Shown here: in pieces, positions 9,936 to 19,913 of the stretch
Layout: the number at the start of each line of letters is the position of its first letter
Position numbering within the stretch: the first letter of the stretch is position 1
Assembly (NCBI GenBank): GCA_035935655.1
Contig: DASYWW010000046.1
Coordinates: 90,709 to 154,708 of the forward strand
Direction: 5' to 3'
Source of the DNA: Candidatus Bathyarchaeia archaeon
Lineage (GTDB): Archaea > Thermoproteota > Bathyarchaeia > 40CM-2-53-6
Length of the DNA: 64,000 nucleotides
Notes under the pieces: model-generated
The model's input: the letters and a program-made list of their open reading frames with translations, nothing else
Told to the model about the DNA's origin: nothing
Databases searched by the model: none
Made by a program: the position numbers and the translations under genes

Positions 9936-11417
9936 ATGCTTAAGCAGAGGCGTTTGTTATGCGATTCTGTGATTTCTACCAAGGACCTAGGCGAGGAACT
10001 CGCGAAGATATCTCTCGATCTTGCGAAGAGAGAGAACGCAAGCTATGCTGAGTTGAGGCTTGTTAACACTCGATCCGAGGCTGTTAGCGTCGTAAACGAG
10101 AATCCGGCCAGCGAAGAAGCGAGCACGATTGGCGTTGGAATTCGCGTTCTCTACAGGGATCTGGGCTGGGGATTCGCTGATACGGACGAACTCGAACATG
10201 ATAGCATAGGAGAGACAACCAAGAAGGCGCTCGCTCTCGCCAGGGGCGCGTCCAAACTCGGGATAAAAGTCACTCGCGCCTCGGAGCCCGTTCATGTCGA
10301 CAAGTGGGCCACACCGGTCAAGAAGGACCCGTTCCGCGTCCCAACCGAGACCAAGTACGAACTTCTCCAAGATACAACCAAGCGGATGAAGGAAAACGAC
10401 GTTGTGGCCAGAAGAGGTCAGATGACGTTTGATTTTATCGAGAAGTATTTTGCGAATTCAGAAGGGTCGAAGATATTCCAAACTCTCTCCTACGCGGGCG
10501 TATCGGTTATCGTTGCCGCAAAGGGACCTACAGGTGTCCAGAGGCGATCAGTTCAACAGAACGCTGGCGGTGGCTATGAGCTCATTGACGAGATGGACCT
10601 TCCCGGACAGGCAGTGGAGATTACAAAAGACGTCCTAGCGCTCACTCATGCGCCAACTATCAACGAGGGAAAGTCAGACATTATTCTCAGCGGAGACCAG
10701 GTTGCATTGCAGGTGCACGAGTCCTGCGGTCATCCAATAGAGCTCGACAGGGTTCTAGGTTACGAGGCGAACTTCGCGGGCCGAAGCTTTCTACAACCTG
10801 ACCAGTTGGGTAAGCTCCAGTATGGATCAGAACACGTGAACATAGTAATGGACGCAACCCTCGACCATGGGAACGGACTAGGAACCTTCGGCTACGACGA
10901 CGAGGGAGTGAAGGCTCAGCGAAAATATGCTGTCAAGAATGGAAAGTTCGTGGGATATCTTATGTCCCGAGAAACCGCCCCGAGAGTTGGAGAGACCCGG
11001 AGCAACGGATGCATGCGAGCAGAATATTACAAGCTTCCAATTATCAGAATGACCAACGTCAGTCTGGAACCCGGAGACTGGGACTATGATGAAATGATAG
11101 AGGATACACGTGACGGGTACCTTATGGTCACAAACTATGGCTGGAGCATTGACCAGAAGAGGTACAACTTCCAGTTCAACACCGAGAAAGGCTACAGGAT
11201 AAAGAATGGAAGTATTGGAGAAATGGTCAGAGGACCCACCTACGCCGGCATAACACCCGAGTTCTGGAACTCCTGCGATGCCATCGCCAACAAGAAGAGT
11301 TGGGTGCTGTGGGGAACGCCCAATTGCGGAAAAGGCCAGCCCGGTCAGACAATGATCACGGGCCACGGTGCCTCACCTAGCAGGTTTAGGAACATCCGAG
11401 TTTTTGGAGCATCTTAG
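9936..11417 (+). CDS. tldD: TldD family metalloprotease
   Basis: The 'HESCGH' zinc-binding motif is present in a ~490 aa protein, and the gene is paired with a PmbA-like gene. Confidence 0.85.
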   Translation: MLKQRRLLCDSVISTKDLGEELAKISLDLAKRENASYAELRLVNTRSEAVSVVNENPASEEASTIGVGIRVLYRDLGWGFADTDELEHDSIGETTKKALALARGASKLGIKVTRASEPVHVDKWATPVKKDPFRVPTETKYELLQDTTKRMKENDVVARRGQMTFDFIEKYFANSEGSKIFQTLSYAGVSVIVAAKGPTGVQRRSVQQNAGGGYELIDEMDLPGQAVEITKDVLALTHAPTINEGKSDIILSGDQVALQVHESCGHPIELDRVLGYEANFAGRSFLQPDQLGKLQYGSEHVNIVMDATLDHGNGLGTFGYDDEGVKAQRKYAVKNGKFVGYLMSRETAPRVGETRSNGCMRAEYYKLPIIRMTNVSLEPGDWDYDEMIEDTRDGYLMVTNYGWSIDQKRYNFQFNTEKGYRIKNGSIGEMVRGPTYAGITPEFWNSCDAIANKKSWVLWGTPNCGKGQPGQTMITGHGASPSRFRNIRVFGAS

Positions 11418-11419
11418 CC

Positions 11420-12820
11420 ATGTCACAGGAGATGGAGCGCCCGTCTGCTTCTCTCAAAGAGAGAGCCCACAAGATCTTCAGTATTGCAAAGAGTGTGGCG
11501 GGAAAGGCTGAGGCAGAGATAATACTCGTGTCCCGAGTTGACGAGTACCTTCGATTCGGAAATAATGAACTCGCACAATCACAGTATAGCACCAGTAGAA
11601 ACCTGTCCGTGAGGATCGCGTCCGAGAAGAAACAAGGACGAGTCACAACGGGCACCTTGGACAAGGCCTCGATCGAGACTACTGTTGCCAAGGCTCTCAG
11701 CCAAGCCCGCAATTCACCGGAAGACCCCGATTATCTGCCAATGCCGGGCCCACAGAAATACCAATCAGTCAACCGATACAGCGAGAAAACTGTCGAGGCT
11801 CCGGCCGAGCTGAAAGCAGGCCACATCGGCTCCGCAATCGATCTCGCCAAGAAAAACCACCTTCTTGCCTCTGGCGTTCTCGGAACTAGCGTTGAACACG
11901 TGACGATGCTCAACACATCCGGACTCGAAGCATCCTATCGAGGATCAGGTGGATACTTTTCGTTGACAATGGACGCCGACAACGGTAACCAGACAGGTTA
12001 CGCCCTGTCAACCTTTGGCGATATCGGCGAGCTGGACCCGGGCAAGGTCTCACAGACCGCTCTCGAAAGGGCCAAGCTGAACAAGAACCAAGCCGACATC
12101 GCTCCAGGAAAGTTCGACATTGTTGTTGATCCTTATGCGTGGAGCGAGATGCTAGCATACTTCGCCGTATCCGCATCCACAGGCAACAGTCCCGATCTGG
12201 GAATGCGACAGTACAAGGAAGGAAGAAGCTATCTCTCAGGCAGACTGGGAGAGAAGATTCTCGGCGACAACATCAGCATAGACGACGACGTTTATGATCC
12301 AAACCAGGCCGGGCCGCCATTCGACGGAGAAGGCTGCCAGAAGAACAAAGTCTCTCTTATCGAAAACGGGGTATTTCGAAACGTGGTATCCTCCCGAATA
12401 TCCCAACACCGCTATGGTGCAGCCCCGACAGGTCACGAGCTGCCATTGCCAAACCCCTTGGGCGAGCTACCCACCAACCTCGTAATTCGAGGCAAAGGAG
12501 CTACCAAGACCTCGGAGGAGCTAATTGGAGAGCTTGACAAGGGGCTATTGATTACCAGATTCTGGTACGTACGAGAAACAGAGCCTAGGACCAAGACCGT
12601 GACCGGCATGACGAGGGACGGCACGTTTTTGGTAGAGAATGGCGAGATAAAGAGGCCGGTGAAGAACCTGCGGTTCAACCAGAGCCTCTTGGAACTATTC
12701 AACAAGGTCGACGCTGTATCCGAGCCAGTGCGTAACTTCTCCGAGTTCCAGCAGTTCCGAATCCTGCAACCAGGTATTCTGGCAAGGGACTTTAACTTCA
12801 CAAGCGTCTCTCCTTTCTAA
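11420..12820 (+). CDS. pmbA: PmbA/TldE family protein (TldD partner)
   Basis: It lies 3 nt downstream of tldD and shares the paralogous TldD/PmbA fold. It lacks the HExxxH motif, as expected for TldE. Confidence 0.8.
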   Translation: MSQEMERPSASLKERAHKIFSIAKSVAGKAEAEIILVSRVDEYLRFGNNELAQSQYSTSRNLSVRIASEKKQGRVTTGTLDKASIETTVAKALSQARNSPEDPDYLPMPGPQKYQSVNRYSEKTVEAPAELKAGHIGSAIDLAKKNHLLASGVLGTSVEHVTMLNTSGLEASYRGSGGYFSLTMDADNGNQTGYALSTFGDIGELDPGKVSQTALERAKLNKNQADIAPGKFDIVVDPYAWSEMLAYFAVSASTGNSPDLGMRQYKEGRSYLSGRLGEKILGDNISIDDDVYDPNQAGPPFDGEGCQKNKVSLIENGVFRNVVSSRISQHRYGAAPTGHELPLPNPLGELPTNLVIRGKGATKTSEELIGELDKGLLITRFWYVRETEPRTKTVTGMTRDGTFLVENGEIKRPVKNLRFNQSLLELFNKVDAVSEPVRNFSEFQQFRILQPGILARDFNFTSVSPF

Positions 12821-12925
12821 CCAGCCTAACCAGATCCAGCGTAGTCTCGAAAGAACTTCCCGGGGACGGGACCTCTCGGTTCTAGAAAACTCATACTTCG
12901 CCCTGGAATCCATTCTCCGTGAGCC

Positions 12926-13765
12926 TTGACCTATAGGAAGGAGTATGTTCTAGGCATTCTATCGCTGATGCCTCTTCTTGCCGCGGGCACCTACAAGGGA
13001 CTGGGCTGGCTTGTCACAATTATAGTTGTATACGTGGGCATTCCGGTCCTCATCTGGAGCCTAGTAGTCGACCGTCTTGTATTCGTCGTCATCTGGACAA
13101 TTCGTCATTTCCGTCAGTCGTCGGGTCACCAGTACTATTTCGAGAGGCCAGTCGGACCTCCGGGTTTCTCTCGTCGTATCCTAAGGGATTTTCGTGTTCT
13201 ATTGTTCGTGTTTGTCCTGTCGGCGATAGTTGTTCCTCAGATAACTGATGTTAGCCCCGCGAACATCGCGATTGTCAGCAACGCGTTCGTGTATGTAGCC
13301 ATCTTTATCCTCGCGGTCCCATCCTCGATACACGTACTGTTCTGGGTCCTCGAAGACTCAGGATTACGATGTCACAATCCGAAGAGGGTCACCGTTACGG
13401 CTCCAGGGGCATGGATGTCGAACTGGCTGGCGTCAGTCGGAAGCCTCGGTGCATTCCTCACCTTCGCAGTGTCCTTGGGAGGAAGTCTCGACAAGGCGAT
13501 CGCGCTCACCACAACGCTGCTAGCCTCCCTACTACCCTCCTGCATTCTCGCTCCAACTCTCTTCTATCGAAGAGTCGAGCCAGGCATTCTAGCGAAGGTT
13601 AGGGAGAGCAAGACAGCTATGGCCATGGCACATCTCTTCACCCCTCCCGCCGGTCCCAGCATGCCCTCGTCCTATCCCCCCAGCTCACCAGCTCCGTTCA
13701 GACAAACTCCAGTTACCGGGCCGATTAGCAGGAAAGAGTCGCAGTCTGGAGCGCCATCTGGCTAG
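12926..13765 (+). CDS. Hypothetical polytopic membrane protein with a Pro/Ser-rich C-terminal tail
   Basis: Multiple TM segments; tail 'PPAGPSMPSSYPPSSPAPF'. Confidence 0.4.
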   Translation: MTYRKEYVLGILSLMPLLAAGTYKGLGWLVTIIVVYVGIPVLIWSLVVDRLVFVVIWTIRHFRQSSGHQYYFERPVGPPGFSRRILRDFRVLLFVFVLSAIVVPQITDVSPANIAIVSNAFVYVAIFILAVPSSIHVLFWVLEDSGLRCHNPKRVTVTAPGAWMSNWLASVGSLGAFLTFAVSLGGSLDKAIALTTTLLASLLPSCILAPTLFYRRVEPGILAKVRESKTAMAMAHLFTPPAGPSMPSSYPPSSPAPFRQTPVTGPISRKESQSGAPSG

Positions 13766-14014
13766 CCAAAAGCAAGGAAGAAATCGCCCATTATCGGCCC
13801 TGATCACGATTCTGGTAGTACCCCCGGATTCTGTCACAGAATCGTTCGGGAATCGTTATGATGACCCCTGCAAACGTCCTCTCAGCGAAGCCTGAATCGC
13901 GCCCCGAATCAGCAGACTCGCCCAGAATCATGCCAGACAGGAAATTTCTTCTAGAAAAAGGGGGTACTAGTGAGTTGACGTCGCGACGCGAGAGCGGTTA
14001 GCGAAGCTCTCGTG

Positions 14015-14539
14015 CTAGGTTACCGTAAAAGTGGCGACTACAGTTTTCGAGTAGATATTTGCTTGAAGAAGCCCGAGAAGGCTCACATGAGCTGTAATGC
14101 CTACATTGATCACGTAGGAACCAGAGACTCTAACGCCCTGATCGATCGACAGATAGACTGTATGCGTCCTGGTACCCAATCCGCCAGTGACGGTGGTGTT
14201 TCCCAGGTCCACTGTCTGACCTGACGGATTCGTCAACTTCAGGTCCATTAGGATGCTGGTATTGCCGTTTGAGCTGGATACGCTGGTATCACTTGTTCTG
14301 ACCATTCCTCCTGCGCGGATCGAAAAATAGTACTCATAAGCTGTGATCAATGAGACATTCGCGCTCGCCTGAGTCGTTGAGAGCGACCCTGTGGTCTCGC
14401 CGAAGACAACTTTGGAAACTGGAACCATCAAGCCTCCTGCCAAAGCTGGAGGAATAACTAGAACAATAGCGGCGACCATAATCACCAGGAGTACTAGAAG
14501 ACCTCTCCTCTTCGCTTTCTTGGCCGCAGAAGCTGACAT
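14015..14539 (-). CDS. Secreted pilin-like protein with a putative archaeal class III signal peptide
   Basis: 'KKAKRRG' followed by a ~25-residue hydrophobic helix, then a Thr/Ser/Val-rich beta-strand-type domain. The start was taken at the internal Met of ORF 14015..14599. Confidence 0.4.
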   Translation of the reverse strand: MSASAAKKAKRRGLLVLLVIMVAAIVLVIPPALAGGLMVPVSKVVFGETTGSLSTTQASANVSLITAYEYYFSIRAGGMVRTSDTSVSSSNGNTSILMDLKLTNPSGQTVDLGNTTVTGGLGTRTHTVYLSIDQGVRVSGSYVINVGITAHVSLLGLLQANIYSKTVVATFTVT

Positions 14540-14611
14540 TTCTGAGAGTGTTTTGTTAAGTGGTGAGGATTTTAGACTTGTGCAGATACAGCCACTCAAG
14601 ATTCCTGACGG

Positions 14612-15133
14612 CTACCAACGAGTCCTCTTGATTCCTAGCACGTATGCTCCGTAGTTCGTTCCGAGATGAATAGGCGGGGTCACAAGTACGACGATTAGAA
14701 TTGACGGCCAACTCAACGGAAAGACTAGTTGTCCGAGGAGTAGACCACCGAATACGAAATCTAGCTGGTCCACGATCGGGAGCGGGCTTCCCGGTCTTAT
14801 CCTGAATCGTCTTTTGAAAAAAGCGCCCAGAATGTCCCCGAGAACTGTCCCTAACCCGATCATGAACCCGCCCAGTAGAAGTCGGCCGTCAACTGGGGAT
14901 TCAGCAAGCCCTATTACGGACCCAGCTATGATTCCCGCGAACAGTCCTCTGATCGTCTTGTGTGAGCCAAGAATCCTTTCACCGTCGAGAAAGTTTTTTC
15001 CTCCATCTAGCGGAGTTCCGCCGCCGAGGAGAAGCGGGGCGGCGTTCGCCACATAAGATGGCCCTATGAACAATAACGCATCTAGAAATATTCCCAGACA
15101 GAATCCCCTAGAGCTTGGACCACTCCGGTCCAT
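14612..15133 (-). CDS. carS: CDP-archaeol synthase (CDP-2,3-bis-O-geranylgeranyl-sn-glycerol synthase)
   Basis: About 170 aa membrane protein with the 'PLDGGKNF...GSHKTIRG' CarS (DUF46) motifs. Confidence 0.75.
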   Translation of the reverse strand: MDRSGPSSRGFCLGIFLDALLFIGPSYVANAAPLLLGGGTPLDGGKNFLDGERILGSHKTIRGLFAGIIAGSVIGLAESPVDGRLLLGGFMIGLGTVLGDILGAFFKRRFRIRPGSPLPIVDQLDFVFGGLLLGQLVFPLSWPSILIVVLVTPPIHLGTNYGAYVLGIKRTRW

Positions 15134-15156
15134 CTTTGACAGTTATGAACCAAGCG

Positions 15157-15843
15157 CTAGACATCTTCTAACCCACTCTCACCTATTCGAAACAATGTCC
15201 GCGGACCTCTAACCTCTCTACCATCAATCTTCTCAAGGAGGCCTTCCCTCGTATCCCGTCTAGGAGTCGGGCGCAGTCTCAAAATGAGATGCGACCAGTG
15301 TCGCAACGTCCTCGTTGCGACTGGAGCGATAAGCCAATTCCCGCGACTCGGCTGGCCATGAACCTGTCCAGTCAAAAGGATCGTAAGTTCGAATCTCAAA
15401 GCGAGGTCGGAAAGGTAGGCCAGCTGCCTGTTCAGCTCGCGATTATTGAGAAAAGCCATCCCAGGCTTCTCAATATCGGCACGGTAGAGACCTGTCACAG
15501 AGTCAACGATCAACAAGGCCGGAGTTTTTGACAGCATTGCCTCCAAGCTCTCCGTTATCCGGACCTGTTCTCGAAAGTCTTCTGGCTGAAACACGACAAT
15601 GTTCTCGGAAAGCTCTCTTCCTCGGTCCAGGGATTCGAGCCTCTGAACCGAAAATGAAAGATCAGCGTCAACAAAGAAAACCTTGAAGCCAATCGCCGCG
15701 GCCGCCAACGCGGATTGCAGGGCCAAAACCGTCTTCCCAGTCGACGCTTCCCCATACACCAGGTTGATTTTTCTACGAGCAAAACCGCCCTTCAGCAAAC
15801 GGTCCAGGCCACTGTTCCCCGTGCTCACCCGTTCCATTACCAA
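15157..15843 (-). CDS. radB: RadB (archaeal RecA/RadA paralog; KaiC-like ATPase)
   Basis: 'NSGLDRLLKGGF' is followed by Walker A 'GEASTGKT' and Walker B 'LLIVDSV'. Length is ~228 aa. Confidence 0.7.
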   Translation of the reverse strand: MVMERVSTGNSGLDRLLKGGFARRKINLVYGEASTGKTVLALQSALAAAAIGFKVFFVDADLSFSVQRLESLDRGRELSENIVVFQPEDFREQVRITESLEAMLSKTPALLIVDSVTGLYRADIEKPGMAFLNNRELNRQLAYLSDLALRFELTILLTGQVHGQPSRGNWLIAPVATRTLRHWSHLILRLRPTPRRDTREGLLEKIDGREVRGPRTLFRIGESGLEDV

Positions 15844-16077
15844 GAATCAACAGGTCTGGGGAGACCAACGCTTCACTAGATTGAATAACTCTGCCTAGGA
15901 GGAAGATACTTCCCACAATCTACGCTTCAAAAGGAAAAGACCCTTCTCATTGACGGCCCCGCCTCGTTTGCTCTGGAAGAGGGAGCGGCTACTTCGCTCG
16001 GCGCCCCGATTCGAATCGGCGACGCAATCGTCGTCGCAAAACATCGAAGGTTCGCAATAGAGACCAATGCGGACGCT

Positions 16078-16998
16078 TTGTTTCAAGTCAGAATTGGAGC
16101 GGAAGGCGTTTGTAGACAAGTCAACGGTTCGACTATTCCCAAGAGCTGGCGAGACGCCGCGGGCGCTCTCAGACAATCGCGAGGATTCGCTGTTATTCTG
16201 GGAGATGTCGACTCGGGAAAGTCAACACTCTGCACATACCTCGCTAACAATTGCGTCGACCAAAGGATTCGGACGGGAATCATTGATGGGGATGTTGGAC
16301 AAGCGGACATCGGTCCACCAACAACCACTAGTTCCTCAATCGTTTCGAAGTACATCTTTAACCTCCAAGAACTAAGACCTGAAACGTCATATTTCATCGG
16401 CGACACCAGTTCCTCTTCAGTACCCGACAAGCTTGTACAATCACTCGTCCGTCTCAAAGATGAAGTCTCAAGACAAAACGAGATCACGATCCTAAACACT
16501 GACGGTTGGGTGCGAGAAAAGGAAGCGATCCAGCACAAGCTCAACCTCCTAAGCAGCCTCCAGCCAGATCTCGTCCTTAGCCTAAGCCTCGATCACGAGC
16601 TCGACCGCGTTCTTGAATTGCAGAAATATCAGACTCTGCATCTTGAGGCCTCAAGCTTTGCGCGGACAAGAACTAGGGAAGAAAGAAAGAAGGCAAGACA
16701 AGAAGGATACAGACGATTTCTCCAGAACGCCAAACAACTAGATCTTAGACTCAACACCATCAAGCTGAGAATGTTCGACAAGCCTCGACAACAAAGAATC
16801 GATCATGAAGCAACATACAAGGGAACTATTGCAGGACTAATCGACGAAAACGGAGCCCTGCTCTCGATAGGGAGGATTGTACGAATCCTCAACGGCTCTG
16901 TGCGTATGACAGCCAGGGCTGAGGAGCGGCCAAGAGTCGTTGAGCTTGGAGCTGTTATTTTGTCTCCAAGATTCGAGGAGGTTGGGTACGAGCCCTAG
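16078..16998 (+). CDS. Clp1/Grc3-family polynucleotide 5-prime-hydroxyl kinase
   Basis: Walker A 'GDVDSGKSTL' plus the Clp1-type 'IDGDVGQADIGPP' (DxDxGQ) motif. Confidence 0.65.
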   Translation: MFQVRIGAEGVCRQVNGSTIPKSWRDAAGALRQSRGFAVILGDVDSGKSTLCTYLANNCVDQRIRTGIIDGDVGQADIGPPTTTSSSIVSKYIFNLQELRPETSYFIGDTSSSSVPDKLVQSLVRLKDEVSRQNEITILNTDGWVREKEAIQHKLNLLSSLQPDLVLSLSLDHELDRVLELQKYQTLHLEASSFARTRTREERKKARQEGYRRFLQNAKQLDLRLNTIKLRMFDKPRQQRIDHEATYKGTIAGLIDENGALLSIGRIVRILNGSVRMTARAEERPRVVELGAVILSPRFEEVGYEP

Positions 16999-17498
16999 AT
17001 CGAGTAGGCGTCAGGAATCGAGTACACGTAGATCGTATGCTCGTTGTAGTTCTCTTTCCTCGAGGGCTTCCAACCGTTTATCATGAAATCATGGCTCACA
17101 ATCCTCGAGCCAGGTCGTGCCTCGGATCTCAGCTTAGGTTTCAACCGTTCGTTAGCATAGGTGGTAAGATACAGAGTGATCAGGGTTGCGTCTTTCAGAT
17201 CTGCCTGAAACAGGTCCTTGTTGAAGATCCTCACCCTCTCGACCAGGTTCAGCTTATCAACTTCGCCAGACGCCTGTTTGAACAGGTCCTCCCTGATCTC
17301 ATAACCGACTGCGGATTTGATACCGAAATCCTTGACGGCTGTAGTCAGAATGCGACCGTCGCCGCATCCAAGGTCACAGAGAACGTCGTCCTTGCTTGCT
17401 CTAGCGACTTCCAGCATCTTCTTGACCACATCGTGTGGCGATGATACAAATGGTGCGCAACTCATTATTTTCACTATCTGGTCCGATGTGAAGTGCAA
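16995..17498 (-). CDS. Class I SAM-dependent methyltransferase
   Basis: Motif I 'VLCDLGCGDGRI' and an acidic post-I residue. Confidence 0.65.
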   Translation of the reverse strand: MHFTSDQIVKIMSCAPFVSSPHDVVKKMLEVARASKDDVLCDLGCGDGRILTTAVKDFGIKSAVGYEIREDLFKQASGEVDKLNLVERVRIFNKDLFQADLKDATLITLYLTTYANERLKPKLRSEARPGSRIVSHDFMINGWKPSRKENYNEHTIYVYSIPDAYSI

Positions 17499-17633
17499 GC
17501 GGGATTCAAGCTATTTTAACTCTCCCCCCGAAAAACGGGCTATTTTCGTCCGCAGATGAATTGCAATCCTACTTCTCGCAACATGTGATGCTGTCGTGAA
17601 TGATTCCTTCAACAGGTCCGTTTCAGATACAGA

Positions 17634-17927
17634 ATGCTCATTACACATGATGAAGGTGAAGACTGCAGAGACGAGTTAGGCGTGCCGAGAAGAAAAGAAC
17701 GGCTCACAATCAAGCCCTCAGCAGACAAGTTCGAAGGGACTGTTCAGATCAGGCAACGGCATGACCCACAAGAGCTCAAGATCTACATCAAACAATTATC
17801 GAAAGCTTTGAAGTTCCTGCCACTTGGAAGCCGAGCCTACTACGCTGTTACTGGAGAACTCCTCAGAGCAAGTACCCAGCTGAAAGGCCTATTCCCATCT
17901 GGTTCTACGGTGAAAGGCGAGCATTAG
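17634..17927 (+). CDS. Hypothetical protein (97 aa)
   Basis: ORF only. Confidence 0.25.
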   Translation: MLITHDEGEDCRDELGVPRRKERLTIKPSADKFEGTVQIRQRHDPQELKIYIKQLSKALKFLPLGSRAYYAVTGELLRASTQLKGLFPSGSTVKGEH

Positions 17928-18045
17928 CTTACGCTGCTTGAAAGATGATCAAACACGCGATGTTCGAGCCCACAACCTTGTCCTAAGAGAGCTTTCGAAA
18001 TAACTATAAGCCACAGAGCCCGCGAGAGCCAGAAAGCGTTCCTTC

Positions 18046-18834
18046 ATGGCTTCTCAAACGCTCGGTGACACTAGGATACACGAGCTCGCACAAGTCGAAC
18101 TAAAGGAACCGGTCCTGATCCAAGGCCTCCCCGGTCTCGGCTATGTGGGAAAGGTCGCGGTCGACTATTTCATCGAAAAACTCAAACCTCGGAAAATTGC
18201 TGAGCTGTACTCGAGCTACCTCCTCTTCCCCGACGGCAATCTCGGCATCAACATCTCGGAAGACGGGACGTACTCTCTTCCACGATACGAATTCTACGGT
18301 TACGGTGAGCAAAATCCTAACGTAATTCTTCTCACTGGTGACGCTCAGCCAAGCGTAACGGGTCAGTATGAGGTCGCAAGCATCGTTCTAGATTTCGCGC
18401 AACGATTCGGGTCCAACGCAGTTTATACCATGGGTGGATACGGCACCCGTTCCGGAAATGATGTCGGAGCTGTCTATGCTGTCGTTGGAGAGGCCACGCT
18501 AGGTGAACGGTTGAGAAAAATGGGAGCAAAACTTGCGAAAGGAGGCGCGGTCACGGGAGCTGCTGGAGTAATACTTGGTATTGGTCGACAACGTGGCCTG
18601 CAGTGCGCAGGCCTGCTGGGTGCAACGACAGGTGCCTATCCGGATCTGGAAGCAGCTAGAGCTGTCATCCAAATGTTGACCGGTCTAGTGAGTATTCCAG
18701 TGGACTTGAAAGAGTTGGATACCGAGATTGAGGACATGCGCAAAAAGATGGAACGCTTCAGACACGCGGAAGTTGAAGAATCCAAGGAGGGCGAAGAGAG
18801 GCCTGAGGAAGGAAAGGATCGATACATTACCTAG
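18046..18834 (+). CDS. PAC2-family proteasome assembly chaperone (PbaB-like)
   Basis: 'VLIQGLPGLGYVGKVAVDYFIE' N-terminal signature. About 260 aa with an acidic C-terminal tail. Confidence 0.55.
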   Translation: MASQTLGDTRIHELAQVELKEPVLIQGLPGLGYVGKVAVDYFIEKLKPRKIAELYSSYLLFPDGNLGINISEDGTYSLPRYEFYGYGEQNPNVILLTGDAQPSVTGQYEVASIVLDFAQRFGSNAVYTMGGYGTRSGNDVGAVYAVVGEATLGERLRKMGAKLAKGGAVTGAAGVILGIGRQRGLQCAGLLGATTGAYPDLEAARAVIQMLTGLVSIPVDLKELDTEIEDMRKKMERFRHAEVEESKEGEERPEEGKDRYIT

Positions 18835-18933
18835 CCGAGAAATTCTGTCTCCCTCACATACAAGTTATCGATGCTTCTCTGTTCCCTTCGCTCTTATAGC
18901 AAGAGAATTACCGAGGAGTGAGTTGAGAGAAAA

Positions 18934-19287
18934 TTGCTCGAAGCAAGTTTGGAACTGAACGGCGCAGTCCACAAGGTGAGCCTCCTTCCGGTAGAAAACG
19001 CGGTCCTCGCCTTTTTCTACGAAGACAAAATCAAAATCGGCACTTTGGCCGTTTCGACCCCAGGATTGCGCGAGGGAGGACCAGGGACCTCATCTGTTCT
19101 TCTTGGCGGGAAATACCTGATCGTTGCAAGAGCCCTATCTGAGAGGGTCGCTGCAGTCTACAACAAGATGAGCATAATATCGATAAACACTAAACTTTCG
19201 GAAGGCGAGGCACTCCGTCTCTACGCGAGCCTCTTTGACAAGGCTCGGTCTGGACCAGGTGCCGACTCAGGTTCTCCTAAAGATTGA
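18934..19287 (+). CDS. Hypothetical protein (117 aa)
   Basis: ORF only. Confidence 0.3.
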   Translation: MLEASLELNGAVHKVSLLPVENAVLAFFYEDKIKIGTLAVSTPGLREGGPGTSSVLLGGKYLIVARALSERVAAVYNKMSIISINTKLSEGEALRLYASLFDKARSGPGADSGSPKD

Positions 19288-19613
19288 AGAGGAAACCTAC
19301 TGCGATCGTGATTACTGCAGCAGCGAAGGTAATCGCTGCCACAGTATCATCCAGTCTCTCAACGCTCATCGAATCGTCATCCTGCGGGTTATCATTGAGA
19401 GAATGGTCTGCACAGTAGTCGAGTACGTCGGCTTGTTATCGGACATTTTTTCTCACTGAGACAGAGTTGAGGTCTAGGCTGGCGTTATCCTCTCCGTAAC
19501 AACGCGACCTCCTCGTTTCCTTCCGCGATTCTTTAATAGGAAAGAAAGGATTTTGACGTGTTGCCTGTCGCGTGCTCTCTCGACTAGAGTGTTGGCTCTA
19601 GAGTTGGTGGGAG

Positions 19614-19877
19614 CTAGCGCCAATTATTCAGTTTCGATGTGGTAGGATCCTTGCCCTCGACACCGTTGAGCCCATTTATCCACTCTGGTACTATTACTGC
19701 CCTGATCAATTCTTGGATGGTAATTCCTCGTCGTTTCGCGATCTTTTCTAGCTCGCGATAAATTATGTCGTCAAGCGTTTGCATGAACTTAGGCAGTCTA
19801 GACACCACGGTTTCTCGGGATATCAAAGTCATTTCAGGGGTTGAAATAAAGTGCTGGTGTAACTTGTAGAATTCCAA
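19614..19877 (-). CDS. Hypothetical small protein, possibly DNA-binding (RHH/HTH-like)
   Basis: 87 aa with a basic helix 'EKIAKRRGITIQELIRAVI'. Confidence 0.3.
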   Translation of the reverse strand: MEFYKLHQHFISTPEMTLISRETVVSRLPKFMQTLDDIIYRELEKIAKRRGITIQELIRAVIVPEWINGLNGVEGKDPTTSKLNNWR

Positions 19878-19913
19878 CGAAGTGACAGGATCGAGGCGTT
19901 GGACGAATTAGAA

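Noticed and set aside
15355-15400. tRNA T-loop-like string 'GGATCGTAAGTTCGAATCTC' suggesting a tRNA gene
   Set aside because: It lies inside the well-supported radB coding frame. No acceptor or D-arm complementarity could be built around it.
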